From IMG/VR virus record IMGVR_UViG_3300035522_000179, positions 1 through 64,000 of that record: a stretch of 64,000 nt of DNA; one strand, 5' to 3'. The notes under the pieces are model-generated. The model worked only from the letters and a program-made list of their open reading frames with translations, did no database searches and was not told the DNA's origin. This document shows positions 29,965 to 39,147 of the stretch, one piece after another (position 1 is the first letter of the stretch; every line of letters begins with the position of its first letter). This stretch comes from a virus (Duplodnaviria; Caudoviricetes). The position numbers and the translations under genes were made by a program.

Positions 29965-32118
29965 TTATTCAGCAGAACGTCTGTTAACATCAATCTCGAT
30001 GATGCCACGCTTCATGATGGTACGGAATACCACTTCTACGTAGCAATGCAAGATCTGTCTGTCCGTCTCCCAATCGTTCATATCAAAGGTGATATCAAAG
30101 CTGGAAACGAGTGTGCCAACGATGTTCTCGTATTTTGCAACTTCATACTGCCTAAATGCAGTTCTCTCAGAAGCAGATGCAAAATTGTACAGATAACTGT
30201 AGTTATCCGCCTCAATGTTTCTCTTCAACCAGAAGAGGATATGCATATTGCTTTCCTCAAGCAAATCGGAATTAATGGTCTGAGCAGTATTCTGAATACC
30301 TCTCTGGAACACGTTCTCACCAACTGCCTCGATGTAGTTGATTCGATGATTAGCCAGCTCGTTCATAAGATCAGACTCATACAAATCAACAACAGGTGAT
30401 ACAGAGTTCTTTACGTGACCAGTAAGTACTGCAAAGGACTTTGCAAAAGGCTGCTGCATACCATTCTCATTCCAATGGGTAGGAAGAGCGCTTGCAATGA
30501 AGTATGTCGACGTAACTTCAACCTTACGATTGCTGAAAGGATCAGCCACTTTGTAGCTGTGAGCATTGATAGAGATTGCTCTGTTCATAAAGATACCACT
30601 GAACTTATCTTCAAGCGTTCTTAAGTTTGAAGAAGAGAAGGTATCATAATCCATACCAGTATCGATATAGCAAACAGCATCGTTACGAGTGATTGCAAAC
30701 TGAGCCAAGGAAATCTTGGTGTAGTAAGAATAGTTTGCATCAAGCAGGTAATCTGCAGGAGTACGTCTGGTAGAAAGAATTGCCTTATCCAAAAGACCAT
30801 TGAATGCCTTTGCATAAATATAATCCTCAACCGTTGCATCTTCGATGCCCAAATAATTGATGCCAGATCTTACCGCATCTACATAGTACTTCTTGGTGTA
30901 ATCACTGGAATTCAAGAGAGTCAGTGCACCATTGGTAACGGTGTTATCTTCATTTAAAGTAAATGCAAAGGAACCATCATGACCACCACCCAGGTAGCTA
31001 CCCATTACGTCACTCAGAGAAACAGCGTTCTCATCGGACTGAAGAGGGTAAAGATCACTGGTGCTATCCACAATCAGATAGTTGGAATAACTGGTCTCAG
31101 CGTTCAACTCTTTACCAAAGAAGATATCGAACTCATCCTCATCAGGAACAGTGAGTTCTACACCGGTATCGGTTGCAAGCTCTGTGAGGAAGTTGGAATA
31201 AGCAGTGTAGAATGCATCTACAGAGTCCTCATAAACAGAGATATCCACCGGATAAGTACCATCATCGTAGTTGGAGATCACATCATCAATCAGTACAGAA
31301 GAACTGTTGATAGAAGAAGTGATAATCGTTCCTACATACGTAGCAACCTTCTCTACACCGTTGTCATCGTTAAGAATCTCAAAGGTGTAAATCTTCTTCT
31401 CATAATCCTTCTCATACTCGGTATTCTTAGTAATTCTCCAACGATAGTCGTTACCGTAAATACCATGACCTACGGAACGGAATTTCAACAAAGGAACGCA
31501 AACCCACTCAGGACTTACACCATCGGGATCTTCGATATTCTTGTTGTTTACTGTATCTGCTTTCACTGCTGCATCCAGATCCTTTGCAGTAAATATTCCA
31601 GCAGTAACGACACCGTCTTCTACGGTAGGACCGTAATTTACCGAACGGAACATTACCTGGAACATCTTCTTGGTTACGGTCTTGGTCTGAGGAGTTACTC
31701 CATCATCCCCACCGTATGCCTGCTCACCAGTAATCGGATCTACAACAGCTTCTGTAATAGTCGTATCAACGGTACGATAGTATGCATAAAGGACAGCGTT
31801 TGCATAAGTGGAATCTTCCGGCATCACACGCATTGCATATACGGAAGTAAGTCCAGTGTTGAGTGATGCAACAGGCATCATCAAAGGCTGACCATACTTT
31901 TTGTAATCTGTTTTGCCAAAGGTGTCCGTGAAGTCACTAAGGTCTGTCTTCTTTACGATTTTATTGTCAATACCCTTACCACTTCGAAATACATGAATTG
32001 TTTTAAAACTATCATCTGCTTCGACAGTAGAGGTATCAGTTACCTCAGTATTGTCGTAGATAAAAGTCTCGACATGAGGGAATTGCCACTTAGGGACAAT
32101 CTGAATTTCTGACGCCAT
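29965..32118 (-). CDS. Contractile tail sheath protein
   Basis: Start MASEIQ after aggagg; PHVETFIYD, VYAMRVMP, RINYIE...QNTAQ...SDLLEESNM, VEVVFR..IIEIDV. Confidence 0.85.
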   Translation of the reverse strand: MASEIQIVPKWQFPHVETFIYDNTEVTDTSTVEADDSFKTIHVFRSGKGIDNKIVKKTDLSDFTDTFGKTDYKKYGQPLMMPVASLNTGLTSVYAMRVMPEDSTYANAVLYAYYRTVDTTITEAVVDPITGEQAYGGDDGVTPQTKTVTKKMFQVMFRSVNYGPTVEDGVVTAGIFTAKDLDAAVKADTVNNKNIEDPDGVSPEWVCVPLLKFRSVGHGIYGNDYRWRITKNTEYEKDYEKKIYTFEILNDDNGVEKVATYVGTIITSSINSSSVLIDDVISNYDDGTYPVDISVYEDSVDAFYTAYSNFLTELATDTGVELTVPDEDEFDIFFGKELNAETSYSNYLIVDSTSDLYPLQSDENAVSLSDVMGSYLGGGHDGSFAFTLNEDNTVTNGALTLLNSSDYTKKYYVDAVRSGINYLGIEDATVEDYIYAKAFNGLLDKAILSTRRTPADYLLDANYSYYTKISLAQFAITRNDAVCYIDTGMDYDTFSSSNLRTLEDKFSGIFMNRAISINAHSYKVADPFSNRKVEVTSTYFIASALPTHWNENGMQQPFAKSFAVLTGHVKNSVSPVVDLYESDLMNELANHRINYIEAVGENVFQRGIQNTAQTINSDLLEESNMHILFWLKRNIEADNYSYLYNFASASERTAFRQYEVAKYENIVGTLVSSFDITFDMNDWETDRQILHCYVEVVFRTIMKRGIIEIDVNRRSAE

Positions 32119-32206
32119 AATTGACGACCTCCTTTTTACATTTTTCAATAAAATATTGATTTAATTATTTGTTTTTAAAAAGAGACGGTCTTCTTGTAAG
32201 AAAAAA

Positions 32207-32932
32207 TCACATTTTAATGGTCTCTTCCACCGGAGAAAACGTTTCTTTTCCTTTCTTTCTTGCTCGGTTAATCGACGTTGTAATCATGGTATCCATATCC
32301 TCAAACGTAATGGATGAGAAGGTGGATGCATACTGACAAATCTGTCTAATCCCAACGGTTTCATAATCATTTGCAGAAATCGATAAATCACTTCCATATA
32401 AGGAAGCGAAGGTCTGAGATAAGTCTTTGGGATTTCGGTAATTTAGGGAAAGTACCATTTCCTCTACTTCCGATCTTACACCAAAACCCACATTATTCGT
32501 TCTTTGGTTTTTTGTCCATAGTTCCGCGGTTTTGTCATAAGGAATGGATTTTGGAATTTTTCCATCCATGACAATATCCAAGTACTGCAATGAATTTTGA
32601 GAATCTTGAATGACTTTGGCATCCATGACTTTCATTCCTCGGTGATATCTTAATACCTTACAAGGTACTCCCTTCTCTTGTGGGAAATCCTTCACTTCGT
32701 TTGAGGAATTGTACACATACATCTTAATCTGATAAGGATGTTTTGTAACTTCGTACTTTTTGAAATTTCCGTTTTCAAAAATTCCTGCGTAAAACAAACC
32801 TAGAGTTTCGATATAGGAAGAATAGTCTACCGCATATTTTTTCTGCTCATCAAAAAAAGCAAGAGGAATATAGAATTCCATGTAGTCATCATCCAAATAG
32901 ATAAACGTATGGTCTGTATGAAAATGTGACAC
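32207..32932 (-). CDS. Probable RNA polymerase beta-prime C-terminal piece
   Basis: EVEEMVLSLNYR and VGIRQICQYASTFSSITFED...SPVEETIK resemble beta-prime HIEVIVRQM and region H (SFISAASFQET...GLKENV); late motif at 32970-32982. Confidence 0.5.
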   Translation of the reverse strand: MSHFHTDHTFIYLDDDYMEFYIPLAFFDEQKKYAVDYSSYIETLGLFYAGIFENGNFKKYEVTKHPYQIKMYVYNSSNEVKDFPQEKGVPCKVLRYHRGMKVMDAKVIQDSQNSLQYLDIVMDGKIPKSIPYDKTAELWTKNQRTNNVGFGVRSEVEEMVLSLNYRNPKDLSQTFASLYGSDLSISANDYETVGIRQICQYASTFSSITFEDMDTMITTSINRARKKGKETFSPVEETIKM

Positions 32933-33165
32933 GGTTTATACCCCCTTTCTTAGATTCTCATTTTTGAGCTTAAAGGACTGTTTTTATTCAAAAAATTCAG
33001 AAATCGAAGAAATGTAATCTGTAAGAAAAATAGAAATATATTATAGTGATGACTAAGTATCAGGGGTTTGTATATAGTTATAGTTGAGGGGGACAACCCC
33101 TTTTACTTTTTTATACAAAAAAAAGAAGATAGATACCAATTGGTATCTATCTTCTAAATAGAAAT

Positions 33166-33642
33166 TCAAATCATTTCAAGTAACAAATCTCTTTCTTCTT
33201 CACTGATTTCTCCATACCGACAAGATTCGTAAATCTCCAAACGAAGATCATCCGTAGATTCTTTGATTCCTTTGAGTTTTTTCTGTGCATCCAGATATCT
33301 GCCTGCTTTGTATTTTTCTTCCGGAGATTCTCCCTCATTGCCATGATACTGCATCCAGTTGCTTTTCGTGTTTTTTGCATATTGTTTGCCGGCATCACTC
33401 TTACATCCACGAGGACTGTATTTTGTGATATCAGACCCAAGTCTATTAAATGCATCAGTTTTTATAGCACTCATTTTGGTATGATAGTAATCAGCTTTTT
33501 TATGTGCAAGATTAGTATTCATACTATCAAATATGTCACGTTTTTTCCTTGCTTTGATATATTCATCCTGTAATTTATTCGCCCATTTGTTATACGCATT
33601 TGCTTCCATCACGACATCATACAATTCATCAAAATTAGCCAT
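33166..33642 (-). CDS. Tagged cassette protein, type A
   Basis: MANFDELYDVVMEANAYNK...KESTDDLRLEIYESCRYGEISEEERDLLLEMI. Confidence 0.85.
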   Translation of the reverse strand: MANFDELYDVVMEANAYNKWANKLQDEYIKARKKRDIFDSMNTNLAHKKADYYHTKMSAIKTDAFNRLGSDITKYSPRGCKSDAGKQYAKNTKSNWMQYHGNEGESPEEKYKAGRYLDAQKKLKGIKESTDDLRLEIYESCRYGEISEEERDLLLEMI

Positions 33643-33690
33643 AATTATTTCCCTCTCTTTTTACAGATTTTATTGGTCTACATTTCTGTA

Positions 33691-33734
33691 CCTGTATAAA
33701 ACAATAATACTAAAGTATTATTGTTTTATACAGG
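33691..33734. repeat. 44-bp palindrome, copy 1 (core AA)
   Basis: cctgtataaaacaataatact-aa-agtattattgttttatacagg. Confidence 0.95.
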
Positions 33735-33852
33735 AGGAAAAAACTTTTTATAAAAATTTATCATCCCCTCCTGTTTTTAAATCCCTAGAAAAAACAAATT
33801 AATAAATGATTTCAAAAACGAAAAAAATAAGAAAGATAAAGGAGAAAAAGAA

Positions 33853-34578
33853 ATGGAACAGCCATATACACCTAGGAAATCAAAGGACGAATTGAAATCC
33901 GTAAGGTTCGTATTAAAAGATGTTAAGAAAAGAGTTCAGCAAGCAAAAAAAAACGGGGACGTAGATGAATTAGAAAAATGCAATGAAAAAATAGATGTAC
34001 TAATCGATCATATGAAAAAAGTAAAATTGAATGGGATAGGGTTTGAAGAACAGAGAAAAACGTATGCAAATATGTCTAAATTGTCGTTAGAAATTGGAGC
34101 AGTTTTTGGTTTGATGTATGTGGCACAAGGTAAATTACTAGAGAAATTTATGAAGAAATCTATCGAGAATCGTTCAATTGAATATAGTGCAGTTTATACG
34201 TGCCCTCCTAGCAAAGAACGAGATAAATTAGAGGAAGAGTGTGACAGACGATATGATAGAGATTATAAAATTGCTTCTAATTGGGAAAGCATGAAGGATT
34301 TAACTGGAATCATATCTATGGGAGGTGCTGTAGGAGCTATAGAGACCGGAATAGAAAGTACCGGTGGGGCAAGATTACAAATGAAAATGAATAAACAGAT
34401 AAAAATTCTTGAAAAAATGAGTAGAGAGTTAAAAGCAGAAATCCAGCAATTGAAATCTCAACAGCGTGGTATAAAAGAGTCTGTGAATGATGTAAGACTT
34501 GAGATTTATGAGTCTTGCTATTACGGTGATATTACAGAGGACGAGAGAGATCTGCTTCTGGATATGATTGAAGAGTAA
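33853..34578 (+). CDS. Tagged cassette protein with unique payload
   Basis: Ends KESVNDVRLEIYESCYYGDITEDERDLLLDMIEE. Confidence 0.85.
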   Translation: MEQPYTPRKSKDELKSVRFVLKDVKKRVQQAKKNGDVDELEKCNEKIDVLIDHMKKVKLNGIGFEEQRKTYANMSKLSLEIGAVFGLMYVAQGKLLEKFMKKSIENRSIEYSAVYTCPPSKERDKLEEECDRRYDRDYKIASNWESMKDLTGIISMGGAVGAIETGIESTGGARLQMKMNKQIKILEKMSRELKAEIQQLKSQQRGIKESVNDVRLEIYESCYYGDITEDERDLLLDMIEE

Positions 34579-34628
34579 TATAAAACTAGATAGAATCATT
34601 ATTTGATTCTATCTAGTTTTTTCTTTTC

Positions 34629-34686
34629 CTGTAAAAATAACAATCTATCTAATAGATAGATTGTTATTTTTACAGTTTTATACAGG
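34629..34686. repeat. Variant 47-bp palindrome plus half-site
   Basis: ctgtaaaaataacaatctatcta-a-tagatagattgttatttttacag followed by ttttatacagg. Confidence 0.8.
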
Positions 34687-34711
34687 TAGAGTATTATAAG
34701 GAGGATTATAA

Positions 34712-35248
34712 ATGAGTAGATTTGATGAATTGTATGATGTGGTGATGGAAGCAAATGCGTATAACAAATTGGCGAATAATTTAAAAGATGAGTATGATAG
34801 AGAACGCAAGAAACGTGATAGTTATCGTCGTCGTTTAAGAAATTTGTCACCTGATAATCTCCTAATTAACAAAGCTGATTATAATACTAACAAAGTTGAT
34901 TATACTAACAAAGCTAATTATCATGATACAAAAATGCATGTTGCAGATACGGCGTACTATAATCAGATCGGTGGTAATATCCAAGATTACTGTCCTCACG
35001 GGAATAGATTTGGTACTTGCGAAGATTATAGAATTGCAAGAAAGAAGAAGAAAGAGTGGATGAAAAACCATGGAAATGTTGGAAAATCTCCGGAAGAGCG
35101 ATACAAAGAAGGCAGATATTTAGACCAACAGAAAGAACTCAAAGGAATCAAAGAATCTGTGGATGATATCCGTTTGGAGATTTATGAATCCTGTCGGTAT
35201 GGAGATATCTCGGAAGAAGAAAGAGATTTGTTATTGGAAATGATTTAA
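34712..35248 (+). CDS. Tagged cassette protein, type A
   Basis: MSRFDELYDVVMEANAYNK...EIYESCRYGDISEEERDLLLEMI. Confidence 0.85.
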   Translation: MSRFDELYDVVMEANAYNKLANNLKDEYDRERKKRDSYRRRLRNLSPDNLLINKADYNTNKVDYTNKANYHDTKMHVADTAYYNQIGGNIQDYCPHGNRFGTCEDYRIARKKKKEWMKNHGNVGKSPEERYKEGRYLDQQKELKGIKESVDDIRLEIYESCRYGDISEEERDLLLEMI

Positions 35249-35296
35249 AGAATCTAGAAGAGATATATTAATATATCTCTTCTAGATTCTATTTTT

Positions 35297-36637
35297 TCAG
35301 ATCATCATTATTAGCTCATCTCTATCTTGCTCTGTTATCAATCCGTCATTAAATGATTCCATAATCATTAATACTGTATCAATATCTGAATCATCTCCAG
35401 ATTCTAATTCCAATGTTCTATCACCAGCATAAAAGTTCGGAAATAATGTTGTAATAATATCAGTTCTTCCTTGGAACATGGTATCAATTGCGGTTCTTGT
35501 TGCTGCAGTAATTACAAGATACTCCCCATTCACATTACCATCCAAATAATTCTGGTAAATCGTTTGAAGATCATTTATGCTTTCTTGAATCTCTTTTTTT
35601 ACTTTAGGATTCACGCCCGTTTTTGCGAGTTCTCTTTTCAGAAGTTCGATTGCGATAGTCGTTCTATTGGAAGAACTACCATGCATAGGACTAGTAAACT
35701 CATCTAAAATACTTGCTTCCGCCAATCGAATATCCGTTAATACTCGTATAATTGGGAAAGATGAAACTTTCTTAGTTCTTTTAAATTGCATTGATTGATC
35801 CGATTTATATAAAGCGGAGATAAGTTCTGGTCCATAACCATACGCAATAGCAAAAGAATCCGCAAATTCTTCTGATTTTTTCCCAGGTAACGTAAACAAT
35901 TGACTCACGGGGGATAATAAAACTTCAAGAGGTGTAAAAGGAATATTTATATAGGTGGATAATTTACGGATTTGAAGACCAATCCAATCGCCGGATTTAA
36001 GTAAAAATCCGTAAATAGATTTTATGATTGGAATCTTTTCAAAAATAAAACCTATAATTTTTTCACAAATCATATTAATCCTTCCAGGAATGAACTTTAA
36101 AGAATTCACATTATGAAATAAAGTACTTATCGGATCTATAAAATTTCTTTTTCTTAATTCATTCACAATACGAATGAACTTGATTAACCATGAAACCCCT
36201 TTATAAAAACTAAAATCAAAATTATGACCAATTTCATGCAAGATTAGGGCAGTGTACTCTCTCGGGGTAATGTCAATAGAGCGAACAAGTGCAGTTGATA
36301 AATTGATCAATGCAACGGTAGAGTGCGTTTTGTCATAATACCCTTTTTTTGAATCTATCTCAAACATACATTTTCCGGATACAACAGAATCTATAGAAGA
36401 ATATGTGGCTATTTGAGGAGAGAGTTCGGAATCTTTATACCACATGCAATAGGTTTCTTTAAACCCAAATTGCTTTGTGATTAAATTCTGTAATATTTTA
36501 TTCTCTGTGGAATTAGTTACATCATAATGGGGATCAATTTTAATTTTATCTATTATAATTCCAATTTGTTTTTCAATATTTGGAATCAATCCAGCTTTTC
36601 CGTAATATGCTTCCTGATATACATCAAACTCTTTCAT
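35297..36637 (-). CDS. Zinc metallopeptidase (HEXXH, M48-like) with divergent C-terminal tag
   Basis: LILHEIGHNF, SEEFADSFAIAYGYG; ends IMESFNDGLITEQDRDELIMMI; begins MKEFDVYQE-A. Confidence 0.75.
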   Translation of the reverse strand: MKEFDVYQEAYYGKAGLIPNIEKQIGIIIDKIKIDPHYDVTNSTENKILQNLITKQFGFKETYCMWYKDSELSPQIATYSSIDSVVSGKCMFEIDSKKGYYDKTHSTVALINLSTALVRSIDITPREYTALILHEIGHNFDFSFYKGVSWLIKFIRIVNELRKRNFIDPISTLFHNVNSLKFIPGRINMICEKIIGFIFEKIPIIKSIYGFLLKSGDWIGLQIRKLSTYINIPFTPLEVLLSPVSQLFTLPGKKSEEFADSFAIAYGYGPELISALYKSDQSMQFKRTKKVSSFPIIRVLTDIRLAEASILDEFTSPMHGSSSNRTTIAIELLKRELAKTGVNPKVKKEIQESINDLQTIYQNYLDGNVNGEYLVITAATRTAIDTMFQGRTDIITTLFPNFYAGDRTLELESGDDSDIDTVLMIMESFNDGLITEQDRDELIMMI

Positions 36638-36806
36638 TTTATATAATTTTTCCTTTCTATTCAGTTACGGTTCATATTAGTATTTTGTTTTGTACATTTT
36701 CAAACTAGCAATTTTAATATAAACATATTTTTAAAATAAAAAATTTGTTTTTATACAGGAATACTTTTTATAGTAAAATCTTTTTATAAAAAGGAGAAAA
36801 ATAACT

Positions 36807-37547
36807 ATGGCTAATTTTGATGAGTTGTATGATATGATTAATGGTGCAACTTATGAATCCATGTTTGAGATTGACGATGATATGGATACAGATGATATTG
36901 CATATATCGAGAGTTGCAGGGATCTTACTGAGTACCTCGAAAAAACACGTATCACAGACAATGATGGAGAAGGTCCTTCTACTTTTAGAGAAAAACTCTC
37001 TAGATTTGCATTTAATAAAAAAGAAGATCTCAGAGAGGGCAAAGCTCGCATACAAGGTGCATTCGACAACGCAAGGATTAAGAAAATTCAGAAAGATATA
37101 GAGAAGAGAGAAAACTCTGATGGTGACGAGACTGTTCCTCAAAAGAAAATTTTTGCTCATTTGAGTAAAGGTGAAATCCTTGCAGGTGTTGGACTCTTAG
37201 CAGCCGCTGGTGTTGCTTCTCTTACCGTGATCAGACATAAGACAAAGAACAAAGAGATTGTTAAGACTGTAGATGATTTGAAGAAAGAGATTGAAGAGAT
37301 CAAGAAGTCTGCTAAAGCAGGTGAAATTTCTGTTAGAGAAGCTTGGAGTGAAACAAGAAGAATTAACAAAGAGATCAAAGCTCTCGAGAAAGCTGCTGAG
37401 GCTGAAGAGAAAGCTAATGCTGCTGAGGAAGCGAAGAAGGCTATGAAGGAGTCTGCTGATGATGTAAGACTTGAGATTTACGAGTCTTGCTATTACGGTG
37501 AGATTTCCGAGGACGAGAGAGATCTGCTTCTGGATCTTATGGACTAA
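36807..37547 (+). CDS. Tagged cassette protein with TM segment
   Basis: MANFDELYD start; ILAGVGLLAAAGVASLTVI; ends EIYESCYYGEISEDERDLLLDLMD; half-site ttgtttttatacagg upstream at about 36745. Confidence 0.85.
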   Translation: MANFDELYDMINGATYESMFEIDDDMDTDDIAYIESCRDLTEYLEKTRITDNDGEGPSTFREKLSRFAFNKKEDLREGKARIQGAFDNARIKKIQKDIEKRENSDGDETVPQKKIFAHLSKGEILAGVGLLAAAGVASLTVIRHKTKNKEIVKTVDDLKKEIEEIKKSAKAGEISVREAWSETRRINKEIKALEKAAEAEEKANAAEEAKKAMKESADDVRLEIYESCYYGEISEDERDLLLDLMD

Positions 37548-37605
37548 TAAAACAATAAATGACCATGAACTTATCGATTATGATAAGTTCATGGTCATAT
37601 TTTTT
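37526..37605 (+). repeat. About 80-bp direct repeat (gene end plus terminator), second copy at about 43535-43613
   Basis: cttctggatcttatggactaataaaacaataaatgaccatgaacttatcgattatgataagttcatggtcatattttt present twice. Confidence 0.9.
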
Positions 37606-37612
37606 TATTATG

Positions 37613-38464
37613 TTAAATCATCTCCAAAAGTAAATCTCTTTCTTCTTCCGAGATTTCTCCATACCGACAGGACTCATAAATCTCAAGTTTGATATCATTG
37701 TCAGAAGTAGATTCTTTCATGATTTTAGAAAATACTGCGTTTCTTGCAGATACTTCTCTCATGGTTTCCTCATATCTTTTATCTATTTCAGCAAGACTGG
37801 TCTCGATCTTTGCTTGAACAGCAGGGGAATCAACTTTCACTTTTTTAACTTCTCTATTGAGTTGTATAAGTAATTTTTTCAAATCCTTATAAATCCGATG
37901 CAATTCTGTTACGAGATCATTGTATTTGGTAACTTCTGCATCTATTAATGAAAGTTTTTTTGTAGCATTCACAAATTCCTTTGAATTGTAATTCTTATTC
38001 ATTACTTCAGTTGTATTTGATTTTGCTGAAGAGATTCCTCCAACATCACTGGCAACTTTAGTAATAGATAATCCTCCGTTGGAATTTTCAGTCAATGTTA
38101 CCGTAGGAGCTCCTGATGTTTCAGCGATTATAGCATAAGCCAATGTCATAGTTTCCAGGCGACTGGCATGTTCATTTAATTCCTTCGTAACTTTATTAAT
38201 TTCTTTTTCTTTTTTTAGAATCTCATCCCGAATTGATTTCAATTGCGGATTTTTGTTGTATCCATTCTCTTTTCTCTTATTATCTGTGATGACAAGTCCA
38301 GCAACAAGCCCAACAACAGCAGAGACCAAAGCTCCGATACCTACCATTGGAGCATATTTTTTAATTTTTTGCTTTGTGGCAGGTGACATTTTTTCTACGT
38401 AATAATTATCTTCATTAACCGATTCTACTGTGCAATATAACTCTGTAAATTTATCCATATTCAT
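37613..38464 (-). CDS. Tagged cassette protein, type B (TM plus coiled coil)
   Basis: MNMDKFTELYCTVESVNEDNYYVEKMS; ends EIYESCRYGEISEEERDLLLEMI. Confidence 0.85.
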   Translation of the reverse strand: MNMDKFTELYCTVESVNEDNYYVEKMSPATKQKIKKYAPMVGIGALVSAVVGLVAGLVITDNKRKENGYNKNPQLKSIRDEILKKEKEINKVTKELNEHASRLETMTLAYAIIAETSGAPTVTLTENSNGGLSITKVASDVGGISSAKSNTTEVMNKNYNSKEFVNATKKLSLIDAEVTKYNDLVTELHRIYKDLKKLLIQLNREVKKVKVDSPAVQAKIETSLAEIDKRYEETMREVSARNAVFSKIMKESTSDNDIKLEIYESCRYGEISEEERDLLLEMI

Positions 38465-38494
38465 TTTCTCCTTTTTAGAATAAGAATGAGTCAA

Positions 38495-38538
38495 CCTGTA
38501 TAAAACAATAATACTTTAGTATTATTGTTTTATACAGG
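38495..38538. repeat. 44-bp palindrome, copy 2 (core TT, inverted relative to the others)
   Basis: cctgtataaaacaataatact-tt-agtattattgttttatacagg. Confidence 0.95.
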
Positions 38539-38586
38539 TACAGAAAGCAGATTAGTACAAATATAAAAAAAGAGAGGGAAATAATT

Positions 38587-39096
38587 ATGGCTAATTTTGA
38601 TGAATTATATGATGTTGTAATGGAAGCAAATGCGTATAACAAATGGGCGAATAAATTGAAAAATGAGTATGATGATCATATGAAATCATATCATGATAAT
38701 CAAGACAAAATAATAAATAATAATAAATCCATTTTTGACCCCAGATCTAAAGTATGGGGGTATGCGGCAGATGCTAAAAAACATTTCAATGCCGCATATG
38801 ATATCGAGGATCAATATCGTTCTCAGACTGGTGAAAAAGAAATGAATTATTCACCACACGGAGACGAAAGAAGTGTTTATCAATCTTCTGTTCCGAAGCA
38901 AACTTGGATGAAAAAACATGGAAATGTTGGAAAATCTCCGGAAGAGAGATACAAACCAAATCGTTATTTAAACATCCAACAAAAAATAAATGGGACGAAG
39001 GAATCTGCAAATGATATTCGTTTGGAGATCTATGAGTCTTGTCGGTATGGAGAAATCAGTGAAGAGGAAAGAGATTTACTTTTGGAAATGATTTAA
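38587..39096 (+). CDS. Tagged cassette protein, type A
   Basis: MANFDELYDVVMEANAYNKWANKL...EIYESCRYGEISEEERDLLLEMI. Confidence 0.85.
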   Translation: MANFDELYDVVMEANAYNKWANKLKNEYDDHMKSYHDNQDKIINNNKSIFDPRSKVWGYAADAKKHFNAAYDIEDQYRSQTGEKEMNYSPHGDERSVYQSSVPKQTWMKKHGNVGKSPEERYKPNRYLNIQQKINGTKESANDIRLEIYESCRYGEISEEERDLLLEMI

Positions 39097-39147
39097 AGTA
39101 ATAAAAATCTGGTAAAGGAATTTTAAATTCCTTTACCAGATTTGTTT

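Noticed and set aside
29123-31866. Long plus-strand ORFs (208 and 295 aa) opposite the tube and sheath genes
   Set aside because: Antisense shadows of strongly codon-biased genes; no RBS, promoter or protein motifs.
34865-34925. Short tandem repeat (NKADY/NKVDY/NKANY) inside a type-A gene
   Set aside because: A local 21-bp in-frame duplication; part of payload variability, not a separate feature.
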